From IMG/VR virus record IMGVR_UViG_3300025697_003303: a DNA stretch of 64,000 bases; one strand, 5' to 3'. Shown one piece after another: positions 7,596 through 17,439 of the stretch. The position numbers were made by a program, and so were the translations under genes. This DNA is from an uncultured virus (IMG/VR IMGVR_UViG_3300025697_003303) (Duplodnaviria > Heunggongvirae > Uroviricota > Caudoviricetes). Positions within the stretch are counted from its first letter, which is position 1. The number at the start of each line of letters is the position of its first letter. The notes beneath the pieces were generated by a model that saw only the letters and a program-made list of their open reading frames with translations, was not told the DNA's origin and searched no databases.

Positions 7596-10337
7596 TTATC
7601 TCAGTGATTCTATTCTGTTCCTGTAATCGTCTCCTACCTTATTTATCGTCTTTATTACATCTTCTCCTAAACCAAATCCCTCAAGTATTTGTTGAGATTT
7701 AATTAATTCTGTAAGGATAGAATTGCCGCTTTTATATAGACCATTAATAATCTGGGAGCTTTCTTTTGGAGCAGATTTCTTAGGAAGAGGATAAATAATA
7801 TTGCCCTTTTCGTCCTTTTTCCCCATTAAAGCCTTCCACCACTGACTAACAGTATATTCTTGTCCTCCCACATTTATTATAGATGAACCAAGGAGTGATC
7901 TTCTTGGTTTTTTTTCTCTTTCTCCAGCATTCCACTCTTTTATATCTTCTTCTCTTGATTTTTTCTTATCATCTCTCGTTTTTTGATCCCAGTTATATTC
8001 TGCGTGAGTGGGAAAAATATTTCCGAAAATATTTCTCATATCATCTAGTCTGTCAAGCCTATTCTTCATAGTCTCTGGATCGTCTTTATATGTTTGTCTA
8101 ATATTGTTTTCGGCATTAAGTATTGTCTCTATAGCCGGTTCTATAAAATGATCATGAGATATATTTACTACATTATTGAATGCTTTTACGTATTTTTTGT
8201 ATGTATTAATATCAGCATTTGGAGGAGGAACTGCATATTGCTTATTCATAGCATCTAATTCAGCAGCAGTAATTGCTCTACTTCTACTTATAAACCCATC
8301 ATCTTGAAGCATAGAATGAATTATAGGATTTCTATCTGCTGTAATTCCCTGCATATCAAGCTGTCTTGTTGCCTCTTGAGCAATCCTCCTTGGATCACTA
8401 CCTCTTTGAGCTAAATCTATTCGTGAAATAATAGCTTTAGTTTTAGCTACATCATTCATAACATTATACAAAGAACCACCGTTTACTAAACTACTCCATT
8501 TATCAATTCCAGATCCATCCATATTTAAAAAGACTTTTCCGTTGACGAGTCCTTCGGTATTCTCTATCACGCCTTTTTGCTTATTTCTCATTTTAAATGT
8601 TACAGGATCGATATCGTCCTTACTAACTGTATGATTATCTTTAAACAGAGTGTCTACTTGACTAATACCCATAAGCATAAGAGACTGTATGGTGTCTGCT
8701 ATTAAATTATTTTTTATTACATTTTTAGATGGATTTACAACAGCTAATTCTCCATTAGATATTTTATCTATTTTATCATTCAATAAGTTGGTTATTGGTT
8801 TTCCGATTTCATCATTAACTTCTCTAAGAACATTCCCAGCACCGCCATTTTCTGTAGACGCATACTGCTGCAAACTATTCCATTTTTGTTTATCAACGGC
8901 TATTTGGTATTCAGGTGATGTCTTATCTACTATTGATCCTAATTCACTTATTCTGCCTCCATTATCATCTAATATATTTTTGAAAGCCTTACCAGTCCCA
9001 GATTCTTTATCATACGACATCTGATTCTTTTCTTTTCTGTCGTTAATCGTATTCGCAACACGACTACTCATGCCATGAAGAATATAATTCAAAACATCTT
9101 CATTCTTAGTAGAGATAAGAGAAGACATAACCGGAGAGAGTTGAGTTCTAATATCCCACGATTTCTTATTAGCAGTAACTTGTTCAAGACTTATATTCTC
9201 TGGTAAATATTGAGGGAATTTTATAAAAAAATCAACAAGATAATCTCTAAGACAGATAGATTCACCTGTTTTTGGATTTAATCTTTCTGTTCTTCCTAAT
9301 CCAATATTATCTACAGTATTTATAGACTCCCATATCATACTATCTACATCTTGACCAACAATCTCTGATTCTAAATTAACGCTTTTTAAATATTTTTTGA
9401 CTTCACCAACTAATGATGAAATGTTAATATCATTACTATCTTTTAAAAATGTATCAAAAAACTGCTGAGATTCTGGAGAGTTCCATTTTATCGGATATCT
9501 GTCCATCGATTGTCTTTTTGATTTTCCAACCGTTTTCTTTCTAGGTCTTTCACCAACCACATATGAATCTCCCAATCTATCATTTAAATCAGCCATTCCC
9601 TTAAAAAACAAATCAGGTTGATCTATATTCCCATTACTAAGTCTTACCTTAATAGTCTCTGGTAGTTTGCCCTCAACGTTACCTGTTAGTCTCTGATCGA
9701 CTTGAGAAGCGTCCTGTTGAGGTCTTATTGAACGAATAGTATCCTCTACGTCTTTTTCTTCTAAACCCTTCTCAGTAGACAATATCTCTTTCAATACAGA
9801 TTGGAACAAACCAATATTATTTTCCGCTAACCAAGATGGATCAACAGAAGGAATAGTATCTAAACTGTTAACGTCAATAGCACGAGCATAATTTGCCATC
9901 TGAAGTTTTAAATTTTCATTTAATTCAACTTGTTGAGGCTGTTCTTGAATCTGTTCTTGAGGTTGAGTCTCTGTCCCAAGTAGAAAACCGACCAATTCAT
10001 CAACAATATCACTATCAATACCTTTTTCTTGCTTTAATATATAATTAGCAGTTTGAACAAAATACGGCATTAATTGAGGATTTTTGAAGAATGAAGGAAG
10101 TGGAGGAAGCACAGAATCTAACGGAGCTACCGGGTCTACCAATTCTAAAAATTCTCTAGCCTTAGTCACAACCATAGTAACTTGCTGCGGATTTAAACCT
10201 TTTGCCATCTGAGGCTGAACCTGAGGTTGAGAACGATCAATCGCTTCATCAACCTCTTCTATCGTATCATAACCAATGTCTTGTGCTTTTTTAAATCTAC
10301 CAGCTATTTTATTTACAATATTATTGAAAAAAGACAT
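7596..10337 (-). CDS. Large hypothetical protein (913 aa), possible internal virion protein
   Basis: Long ORF with GGAG RBS; N-terminal ..RFKKAQ; two ~75-aa internal repeats (PQQV...IL..EKG). Confidence 0.6.
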   Translation of the reverse strand: MSFFNNIVNKIAGRFKKAQDIGYDTIEEVDEAIDRSQPQVQPQMAKGLNPQQVTMVVTKAREFLELVDPVAPLDSVLPPLPSFFKNPQLMPYFVQTANYILKQEKGIDSDIVDELVGFLLGTETQPQEQIQEQPQQVELNENLKLQMANYARAIDVNSLDTIPSVDPSWLAENNIGLFQSVLKEILSTEKGLEEKDVEDTIRSIRPQQDASQVDQRLTGNVEGKLPETIKVRLSNGNIDQPDLFFKGMADLNDRLGDSYVVGERPRKKTVGKSKRQSMDRYPIKWNSPESQQFFDTFLKDSNDINISSLVGEVKKYLKSVNLESEIVGQDVDSMIWESINTVDNIGLGRTERLNPKTGESICLRDYLVDFFIKFPQYLPENISLEQVTANKKSWDIRTQLSPVMSSLISTKNEDVLNYILHGMSSRVANTINDRKEKNQMSYDKESGTGKAFKNILDDNGGRISELGSIVDKTSPEYQIAVDKQKWNSLQQYASTENGGAGNVLREVNDEIGKPITNLLNDKIDKISNGELAVVNPSKNVIKNNLIADTIQSLMLMGISQVDTLFKDNHTVSKDDIDPVTFKMRNKQKGVIENTEGLVNGKVFLNMDGSGIDKWSSLVNGGSLYNVMNDVAKTKAIISRIDLAQRGSDPRRIAQEATRQLDMQGITADRNPIIHSMLQDDGFISRSRAITAAELDAMNKQYAVPPPNADINTYKKYVKAFNNVVNISHDHFIEPAIETILNAENNIRQTYKDDPETMKNRLDRLDDMRNIFGNIFPTHAEYNWDQKTRDDKKKSREEDIKEWNAGEREKKPRRSLLGSSIINVGGQEYTVSQWWKALMGKKDEKGNIIYPLPKKSAPKESSQIINGLYKSGNSILTELIKSQQILEGFGLGEDVIKTINKVGDDYRNRIESLR

Positions 10338-10378
10338 AATTGACTCCTAATAATTAAACTATTCCTACATAATATTTA

Positions 10379-10403
10379 ATTACACAGAAAAGATTAAACT
10401 CCT
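10379..10403 (-). promoter_or_regulatory. AGGA-N17-TAAT promoter-like site
   Basis: AGGA GTTTAATCTTTTCTGTG TAAT upstream of the 913-aa gene. Confidence 0.4.
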
Positions 10404-10428
10404 TTTATATTTCGGAATTAATAGTCTT

Positions 10429-11115
10429 TTAGCTTATTGTTTTTGAATTGTATCTATCTTCAATGTCACTAATGATAGGATGCCTAACTATACTTTTAGC
10501 TGTCAACTCATTAAAAGAGATCCCTTTAATGCCTTGAAGTCTGTTCATAGCGTCTGTCATCCCATTTTCATGTCCAATGTCAGATTGCCTAACATCTCCA
10601 GTAATGACAATTTTACTATTTTTTCCAAACCTTGTCAAAAATAATCTCATTTGTTCAGGAATAGTATTCTGAAACTCATCTGCCACTATAAATGAATTGT
10701 TAAAAGTAATACCTCTATAATAGGCAAGAGGAATCGTTCTAATAATCCCCTCGCTAATATAATTGTTTATTTCTTTTTGAGATATGTACTGTTTTAGTAT
10801 TTCAAATAAAGGCATCATGTAAGGTGCAATCTTATCATCTGCGTCACCAGGAAGTGATCCTAACTTTTCACCCATAGATTCTTTACAAGGTCTTGTAAAA
10901 ATAAGCTGTTTATATCTACAAGCTAGAAGCTCTTTTAATCCATAAATAACTGCAAGGTGCGACTTTCCGCATCCTGCCAAACCATGAATGAAAGTTATTT
11001 CATTATTCTTAATTGACTTAATAACTTCTCTTTGTTCTTCTGTCTTTGCTGTTAATGCAATCTTCTTAAATGTCTTACCGTTCTCTGTTGTTTCCTGTTT
11101 GTTTTTTTTTGACAA
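10429..11115 (-). CDS. phoH: PhoH-family ATPase
   Basis: GLAGCGKS, TRP..E..G.LPG, YYRGITF, ADEFQN, LTRFG, TGD..QSD and IVRH motifs. Confidence 0.95.
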   Translation of the reverse strand: MSKKNKQETTENGKTFKKIALTAKTEEQREVIKSIKNNEITFIHGLAGCGKSHLAVIYGLKELLACRYKQLIFTRPCKESMGEKLGSLPGDADDKIAPYMMPLFEILKQYISQKEINNYISEGIIRTIPLAYYRGITFNNSFIVADEFQNTIPEQMRLFLTRFGKNSKIVITGDVRQSDIGHENGMTDAMNRLQGIKGISFNELTAKSIVRHPIISDIEDRYNSKTIS

Positions 11116-11119
11116 TTTA

Positions 11120-11515
11120 TTACCTTTTCAAAAATAAGCAAGCCATATCTCCTTCTTTTTCTATCATAACGTCTCCCAGTACGTATCTAAGATGGTTATC
11201 AGAATATTTAGATAAAGCTTCATTAATGTCTTTCCAATCGTCATATTTTATATATGTACATTTTCCACGTATAGCTTTTGATTTTATTTTTAATAGATCA
11301 ATTTTTTTATCTTTTTTAATATCATCAATAATACTATCTATACAATTTCTCATAAATAGATCTTCCCAACCACCCTGCTTATAAGATGTCTCTAGCTTAC
11401 GCCTCTCTTTGGATGGAAGACTAGAAAACAGAGTATTTCTCTGGTTGTTCGATAGATATTTGGTATAAGTCCAAAATTCATTAAAGTCTTGAAATATAGA
11501 ACATGACGATTTCAT
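11120..11515 (-). CDS. Hypothetical protein
   Basis: 131 aa, AGGAG RBS. Confidence 0.55.
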   Translation of the reverse strand: MKSSCSIFQDFNEFWTYTKYLSNNQRNTLFSSLPSKERRKLETSYKQGGWEDLFMRNCIDSIIDDIKKDKKIDLLKIKSKAIRGKCTYIKYDDWKDINEALSKYSDNHLRYVLGDVMIEKEGDMACLFLKR

Positions 11516-11560
11516 TTTTAACTCCTACTTATTTCTACAATTAGAATAGTCTCAATTCCT

Positions 11561-11812
11561 CTAAAAAACATTTATATCGACAGCATGATGAGTCACAAAT
11601 ACTATACATTCAATATCATTTGATTCAATGATTTCTGTTATTTTTCCTTCTATTGAGGCTATCTCACTATCGCTGGCAGAATTTATTTCGTTACCAACTT
11701 TGATATGAACGAATTTACCATCTATAGTAAAACTCTTTGCTTTTATATCTTTTGGTTTAATTGTTTTTACAGACTTAGTTTTGACCACTTTTTCTTCTTT
11801 TGCTTTTGCCAT
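11561..11812 (-). CDS. Hypothetical protein
   Basis: 83 aa, AAGGA RBS. Confidence 0.55.
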   Translation of the reverse strand: MAKAKEEKVVKTKSVKTIKPKDIKAKSFTIDGKFVHIKVGNEINSASDSEIASIEGKITEIIESNDIECIVFVTHHAVDINVF

Positions 11813-11821
11813 TAAATTTCC

Positions 11822-12139
11822 TTATAGTATATTTTGAATATTAATTGTGCTATCAACTATTTTAACTTCTCCATTTGATAGCATATATGAATTTTTTTGA
11901 TCTAGTGTTCCCTCTAACCATTTGAACAACATTTGTTTTTGGATTACCAATCCTTTATTTTCTAAAAGTATAGAAACAAATGTTGTTGAAATCCCAGTTA
12001 GCAATGGATTATTTCCATCTAATAACTCTTTTTTAAGTTTTTTTGAGGGAACAAAATAAATAGATATACTTGTATCTAACAATGCTTTTTTAATTTTTGG
12101 TAAATTTTCTTTTACTCTAGGATCGTTTGGTGAAAACAT
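11822..12139 (-). CDS. Hypothetical protein
   Basis: 105 aa, AAAGGA RBS. Confidence 0.55.
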   Translation of the reverse strand: MFSPNDPRVKENLPKIKKALLDTSISIYFVPSKKLKKELLDGNNPLLTGISTTFVSILLENKGLVIQKQMLFKWLEGTLDQKNSYMLSNGEVKIVDSTINIQNIL

Positions 12140-12297
12140 ATTTGTCCTTTCTACTTGAGATTAACTATCTTACTATCGGAATTAATAATCACAAACAATA
12201 ATCATCAATTCTATACATCACACGTCCCTTCTAAGCGACTTTCTTTCTCTAGGCGACCCATGGTGCCTTTTTTAAGTTTAAGTTAATTGGGAGGAAG

Positions 12298-13005
12298 TTA
12301 AGCCTTGTTCCTCGCCATCCTGTGGTATGCGTTAGCTACACCTAAACGGTATTTATTAGCCCTCATATGAGCAGTATAAATAACTATCAAATCATATTTT
12401 TCAAGTAACTTAGTTATATGAGAAATTTTATGAGTTCCTATGACCCTTCCTGTAAACATTTTATAGTCTTTTTTGCTTTTTGGTTTTAAGAAATAATTTC
12501 TATAAAGAGTACAATAATCGTTTTTATTTTTAGTGTCAGTAATTTTAAACGTAATAGTTTTCAAAAAGAACATTACTTCTTTGGTTGTCACCTTCTGTTT
12601 CTTACATTCAATTTTTAATTCTTTAACGGGAATTGCGTTTATCTGTTTCTCAAACGCTAATCCAAGTACCTGTTCTTTTTTTACTTTTTTATATTTTTCA
12701 AAGTATGCTATAAGAATATCTCTGTAAATTGTAGATGTCTTAACTTTTTTATTAAAAGTATATTTACCAAAAAGAAGATCAAAGTTAAAAGCATTAAAAA
12801 TATCTAAAGCTTTGTTGTACGCTTCTAAAGTATTATCGTTCTTTGCAACATATCTGATATATAATGATATGTTTTTTACAATGACTTCAGGATCTTCATC
12901 ATATAAATGTTTATACTCTAAGAATCCTCCTACAAGCTCTGTCATATCCTTTTTAAAAAGCTCTTCTAAATGTTGTTCTGATATTTTATAATTCTTATTT
13001 ATCAT
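12298..13005 (-). CDS. Basic protein with possible C-terminal winged helix (candidate initiator or regulator)
   Basis: KISHITKLLEKYDLIVI...ANKYRL resembles a wHTH recognition helix and wing; adjacent to iteron-like repeats. Confidence 0.35.
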   Translation of the reverse strand: MINKNYKISEQHLEELFKKDMTELVGGFLEYKHLYDEDPEVIVKNISLYIRYVAKNDNTLEAYNKALDIFNAFNFDLLFGKYTFNKKVKTSTIYRDILIAYFEKYKKVKKEQVLGLAFEKQINAIPVKELKIECKKQKVTTKEVMFFLKTITFKITDTKNKNDYCTLYRNYFLKPKSKKDYKMFTGRVIGTHKISHITKLLEKYDLIVIYTAHMRANKYRLGVANAYHRMARNKA

Positions 13006-13097
13006 GTCAATTTTCCTTCTATCTTAAAAAACACTTTTTCAAATATTAGACTGGAGTATTAAAGAGATATTACCTGGAGTATTACTACTATTATTAT

Positions 13098-13170
13098 GTG
13101 TGCCGGACCGTGTGCCGGACCGTGTGCCGGAAATGGGGTCTACCGTGTGCCGGACCGTGTGCCGGACCGT
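13098..13170. repeat. Five copies of the 12-bp unit GTGTGCCGGACC (3+2, third copy partial)
   Basis: Copies start at 13098, 13110, 13122, 13145 and 13157; GC-rich island in an AT-rich divergent intergenic region. Confidence 0.95.
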
Positions 13171-13429
13171 ACAATTTAAAAAAAATATTGCAATACATTT
13201 TTTGCGAAAATCAAATTTAGATATCATGTCCATAACGAAGCAAATATTTTTCTGTTTACTCGTCATTAAATCCTCTGTGATATCTATGGATTCTAGTCTC
13301 TCTAAAAGCAAACTATGAACGCCTCTCCAAGCTATTATTTTTCTATTATTAATCATCAAAAATACTATTATGATCACGCCATTATTAACTGTTTCGGTCC
13401 ATGATATCAAAAACTTTAATCACAAAAAA

Positions 13430-13454
13430 AGGAAAATTAGAATAAAAAACGAAT
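13430..13454 (+). promoter_or_regulatory. SigH-like promoter AGGA-N17-GAAT
   Basis: AGGA AAATTAGAATAAAAAAC GAAT, 46 nt before ATG 13501. Confidence 0.5.
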
Positions 13455-13500
13455 ATGTAATTAGAAAAAAATATCTAAACAATTAGTCAATATAACCATA

Positions 13501-14034
13501 ATGCCAAGTTACGATAAAATACTAAATGCCCAAAGAGTCGTAACTGTTTGGGATACAGAAACTTTCGGATTCACCGGAGAAGATGGAGAATGGGGAAGCG
13601 TTATCATCTCAGGAACCGTCTATCGAGTCGAAAACGATGATGGAAACTTTCTCTGGGATACACTAGGACACAAAGCAGATCAAGTAACTTTTGAACAAGG
13701 ACTAGATGAAAATACAACAATTAATTTTCAAGGAATATGGCAACCTTTTAACGTTACCTGGCTAGAATATACAGACAATATCCATATATTTACAGTAGAA
13801 ATAGAAGTAGAAGAAGAATGTCTCAGAATTAACAAAAAAATGACAGAAGAACTTACAATCCCACTAAACGAAGAAGTTGTAGAAAAAAATGCAAATCCGA
13901 CAACATGGGAAGATTTTAACTATATACATAGAAGATGGAAATTTATAAAAATGACAGGAGTCAAAGGTAAACAAACAATAGTATGTCAAGAAGATATTTC
14001 AGACGAACCAAAAGTAGAAGATTATCCAATTTGA
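13501..14034 (+). CDS. Hypothetical acidic protein
   Basis: 177 aa ORF with no competing long ORF on the other strand. Confidence 0.65.
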   Translation: MPSYDKILNAQRVVTVWDTETFGFTGEDGEWGSVIISGTVYRVENDDGNFLWDTLGHKADQVTFEQGLDENTTINFQGIWQPFNVTWLEYTDNIHIFTVEIEVEEECLRINKKMTEELTIPLNEEVVEKNANPTTWEDFNYIHRRWKFIKMTGVKGKQTIVCQEDISDEPKVEDYPI

Positions 14035-14087
14035 TTTTTTAGTCAAAATGTGCTAAATTTGATGATATAATGTAGCGGAGGTTAAAA

Positions 14088-14966
14088 ATGCATAAATTAA
14101 CGCTACTTATTCTCATTTTTGTTTTCTCGGGATGTACTATGCCAATCTTCGTAGAAACAGAACATCTATCTGTTTTTAAAAAAGACCATATCCCCAATAC
14201 AGACGGAGTTTTAGATGTACAAGTCAAAGGCTATAGTTACTATCACCTATGGGTTCCAAAAGAATCTACAACTCGACCAAAAACTAAACTATCTCCTATC
14301 ACCCAAGAACCAATATTTGATTTCTTTTCTGATGGAGAAGGAATAGAAGGAGCAATAAGAAAACTAAAAAAACGACCAGCATCATCATCAGGAAGCTGCT
14401 TCATCGTAGCCAAACAAAACGATTACTACTACGCCGTTACAGCAAGACACGTGATTATGATCGCAGATGCTATAATCCTAATAGATCAACAAAAAGGTGA
14501 AATTGTAACCGTTCTAAATAGAGCCGATATCGCTATTCTTAAATTTAAATCTAATAAGATTTACCCTATCTATAAGTCTTCATTAAATGCAAAAGTTTTA
14601 GACGACGCTTGGCTCGTAGGATATCCAGGAGATGTAATAGGAACTATCAGGAAATTTACCGTAAAAGGGAACGTATGTAATGTCTCAAAAATAGAAATAT
14701 GGTTCTCAGGAGGAGGAGCTAAGGGCATGTCAGGTGGACCTATGCTCAACAATAAAGATGAAGTGATAGGAGTTATTTCCAGATTTATCCCATCCATCCC
14801 AACTTGCGATAATTTTGTAAATAGCGTTCCAGCACGCTTCTTTAAATATGAATTAGAATTGATACTCTCAAAAGAAAGAATCAAAAATATCACAAATAGA
14901 ATAAACATACTAAAAAAGAAAAACTTAAAAGATCAAATAGAAATATTAAAAAAGAACAAATATTAA
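14088..14966 (+). CDS. Trypsin-like serine protease with lipoprotein signal
   Basis: Hydrophobic N-terminus with lipobox-like FSG-C; triad TARHV, ADIAIL, GMSGGP; GGAGG RBS. Confidence 0.85.
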   Translation: MHKLTLLILIFVFSGCTMPIFVETEHLSVFKKDHIPNTDGVLDVQVKGYSYYHLWVPKESTTRPKTKLSPITQEPIFDFFSDGEGIEGAIRKLKKRPASSSGSCFIVAKQNDYYYAVTARHVIMIADAIILIDQQKGEIVTVLNRADIAILKFKSNKIYPIYKSSLNAKVLDDAWLVGYPGDVIGTIRKFTVKGNVCNVSKIEIWFSGGGAKGMSGGPMLNNKDEVIGVISRFIPSIPTCDNFVNSVPARFFKYELELILSKERIKNITNRINILKKKNLKDQIEILKKNKY

Positions 14967-15039
14967 ATTCACCCGATTTGTATTACAATTCACCCGATTT
15001 ATTTGAGATCAAGGAGAGTGAACGGATTTTCACCCGATT
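14966..15039. repeat. Three direct copies of (AA)TTCACCCGATT
   Basis: 14966-14979, 14987-15000 and 15029-15039, at a convergent gene junction. Confidence 0.8.
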
Positions 15040-15394
15040 CTATGCCATCAATATTTAATGTTTCTCCCATTGGATCTAATGCTGCAAAATCACCCTCAAC
15101 AGTAGCATCTAAGATTTTGCCTATCTCCTCCTTCTTTCCCTCTATGGCAGACCGCAAAATAAACATGAGAGCCATCCTCTTAGAAGCAATAGCAATAGAA
15201 CCACTATCAGATATGTCTTTAATGTCAATCGCTATCCATTCATCCTGACCAGAACATTTAAAGAAAAAACCAACAAAAAATCTAGAAAAAATACTATCAT
15301 CCCTACATAACACACCAGTAGTATGAGAAAATAAAGCCTTCTCTAAAACCTTGTAATGGAACTCGTTAATAGTCTTGCAGATTGTTGTGATCAT
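14999..15394 (-). CDS. Hypothetical protein
   Basis: Start reassigned to ATG 15394 (MITTICK), just after the upstream stop. Confidence 0.5.
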   Translation of the reverse strand: MITTICKTINEFHYKVLEKALFSHTTGVLCRDDSIFSRFFVGFFFKCSGQDEWIAIDIKDISDSGSIAIASKRMALMFILRSAIEGKKEEIGKILDATVEGDFAALDPMGETLNIDGIESGENPFTLLDLK

Positions 15395-15395
15395 A

Positions 15396-15659
15396 TTATA
15401 TAGAAATAGCGGCTCTAATATCAAGAAGAGCCTTTCTATATTTTTCGACAATTTTATCTATTTCTGTCCATTTAGCAATATAAGGAATGTCGTTTTTAGT
15501 TAATACTATCTCCTTGGAACCACTAAAACATAATATGATCCAAGCTCTATTTCCTATCTCACAATCAGAAGTGAGAATCTCAAAATCAAACAAAATCTCT
15601 TTAACATGCTTCCCATCAATAATGTCACCCTTTTTGAATTTATCCATGATTTTATCCAT
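15396..15659 (-). CDS. Hypothetical protein
   Basis: 87 aa in tandem gene run. Confidence 0.5.
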   Translation of the reverse strand: MDKIMDKFKKGDIIDGKHVKEILFDFEILTSDCEIGNRAWIILCFSGSKEIVLTKNDIPYIAKWTEIDKIVEKYRKALLDIRAAISI

Positions 15660-15693
15660 AATTAAAAATACACTAAAAAAACAAAAAACTCCT

Positions 15694-15978
15694 CTATCTA
15701 TACAATTTTAAATATTCTACCTTAGTTTTTCCGTAAGCTAACTCGAAATCCTTATCACTCATAGCATTAACTTTATATGCTCTTCGTTTTGCATACCAAT
15801 AATTTTTATAAATAGGACATATCTTTAATGTTGACCAGAATTGCTTCTTAAAATTCCAACCTAAAAAGAAATCCTCTTTAGCCCACCACTCATTATTGTG
15901 ACCAAACCTTTTTGTTCGGAATAAATAATGAACCAATAATTTCCAATGAGTAATTCGATATATAAAACGTTTATTCAT
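15694..15978 (-). CDS. Hypothetical aromatic/basic protein
   Basis: Probable start MNKRFIY overlapping the upstream stop. Confidence 0.45.
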   Translation of the reverse strand: MNKRFIYRITHWKLLVHYLFRTKRFGHNNEWWAKEDFFLGWNFKKQFWSTLKICPIYKNYWYAKRRAYKVNAMSDKDFELAYGKTKVEYLKLYR

Positions 15979-16546
15979 TTTTTTCTGCTTTAACGCTAAC
16001 ATATTGACTCCAATACCAAATAGATTCACACAAATATTCTGCTGTATAGATTCTTGGAGTTCCACCCGGTTTACACAGCATGTTACGTGAGCAAGCTAAA
16101 GGGACCATAGGCTCATTTTCTATAAAAGACGCAATAATACAGACAATCTCCCAATCAGCGTCACAGTAGCGATCTCCTGCGTTTTTAGACAGTTCGTGTG
16201 CTGCATATAAAACAACTTTAGCAAACTTACAAGGCATTGGAGTCCCAGTAGCCTCAACTTTAACAAAACTATGCTCTTTTGGCTGTCTACAAGTCTTTTT
16301 AACGCTTAATTCTTCTACATTATCTATATGAATCGTAGTACTAACGAATTTATCGGGATTTACTGGAACAATACAAACATCATCTATACTATCTGCTCCA
16401 TCACCTTTAAAACGTTTATCCCAATTTGCTATAATTAGATCATGCAACTCAGAGTCTGATCCATTAAAATATGAAAAACCCATACCTTTCTGGTGACGAT
16501 CTTTAGCGAACTTGCTCCATCCAATACTAATGTTTTCTTTATTCAT
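15971..16546 (-). CDS. DUF3228-like protein
   Basis: VVLY..HEL, DADWEIV.I, EPM.P..RN.L...GGT, ESI.YWS pattern. Confidence 0.65.
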   Translation of the reverse strand: MNKENISIGWSKFAKDRHQKGMGFSYFNGSDSELHDLIIANWDKRFKGDGADSIDDVCIVPVNPDKFVSTTIHIDNVEELSVKKTCRQPKEHSFVKVEATGTPMPCKFAKVVLYAAHELSKNAGDRYCDADWEIVCIIASFIENEPMVPLACSRNMLCKPGGTPRIYTAEYLCESIWYWSQYVSVKAEKNE

Positions 16547-16590
16547 TTATTCATTTATACCATAAATAAAAGCACAATTAAGGATTAAAT

Positions 16591-16626
16591 AAAAAAACCC
16601 TGTCAGCCTAAGCCAACAAGGTTTTT
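16591..16626 (-). terminator. Rho-independent terminator
   Basis: AAAAACCTTGTTGGC-TTAG-GCTGACAGGG followed by T7. Confidence 0.75.
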
Positions 16627-16644
16627 CCCTCCGTCTTACGACTC

Positions 16645-16923
16645 TTATTTATTTTTTGCGACACAACAAGTAATTATATTATCTGTTACAGATGTCGGAA
16701 ACAACGTATATTTGGGATATTTTTCTAACATTATAGCAACCCAATCAGCTATCTCGTCTTCCGTCAATTCTCTCCCTTTAATGTTGTTAAATTCAAGAAT
16801 AATAGCTTTATAACATTCAACAATAAAGGATCTTGCTTCTTTGAGTATATCTTCCATATCTTTAACTAAATCGACAGAAAAATTTGACCAATTCAAAACA
16901 ACAATATTCGTTGGCTTATCCAT
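16645..16923 (-). CDS. Hypothetical protein
   Basis: 92 aa, coupled to upstream gene. Confidence 0.55.
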   Translation of the reverse strand: MDKPTNIVVLNWSNFSVDLVKDMEDILKEARSFIVECYKAIILEFNNIKGRELTEDEIADWVAIMLEKYPKYTLFPTSVTDNIITCCVAKNK

Positions 16924-17138
16924 TAAACCCTCGCAACAGGTTCACAAACCTGCAAAGGAGAAAGTATATGAATAAGACCAAACATATCTATATTTACACT
17001 AAATCCTTTAGGCAAACTATTAGTCATCTCTTGTGCTATTTCTTTTCTTTTGGCTTTGTTTGTAACCAAAACACTCATAGCCTCTATCATCTCAGAATAC
17101 GTCGCACTTCCAACTAGTTCTTGATTGGGTAGATACAT
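16923..17138 (-). CDS. Hypothetical protein
   Basis: Start reassigned to ATG 17138 (MYLPNQEL) following an AAAGGAG RBS. Confidence 0.55.
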   Translation of the reverse strand: MYLPNQELVGSATYSEMIEAMSVLVTNKAKRKEIAQEMTNSLPKGFSVNIDMFGLIHILSPLQVCEPVARV

Positions 17139-17175
17139 GTTGATCTCCTTTATATTTATATCGTCAAAATTTATG

Positions 17176-17439
17176 TTAACTAAACAGTGACCAAAGTTTT
17201 GCTTGCTCCTCAGTAGGAATAATTCCCTTGCAGTCAGCTTTAATGTGGATCTCTCCCGCTTCAGCAGCACGATCTCCCCACTTTTCTCTAACCTCTAAAA
17301 CACCTCCAGCATGATGTCTTTTGTCTCTATGAGCCGGACCCAACGATGCAAAAAACTCGTCCAACCAAATATGAACTTCAGAAAAATCTTCTCCTAACTG
17401 CTCTTTGCAATCTTGACAATGCTTTTCAAAACTTGGCAT
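17176..17439 (-). CDS. Small His-rich conserved protein (DUF6915-like)
   Basis: KH...VHIWLDE...HR..RHH..G...HI..D pattern. Confidence 0.45.
   Translation of the reverse strand: MPSFEKHCQDCKEQLGEDFSEVHIWLDEFFASLGPAHRDKRHHAGGVLEVREKWGDRAAEAGEIHIKADCKGIIPTEEQAKLWSLFS

Noticed and set aside
12220..12297. Structured RNA in a GC-richer gap with TCTARGCGAC twice
   Set aside because: Only a 10-nt imperfect repeat and no convincing fold.
13098..13170. CRISPR array
   Set aside because: Units are 12 bp and directly tandem with no unique spacers; no cas genes in the window.
13039..13410. ORFs 13039-13410(-) and 13100-13318(+)
   Set aside because: Their repetitive peptides come from the 12-bp repeats; no RBS; likely non-coding.
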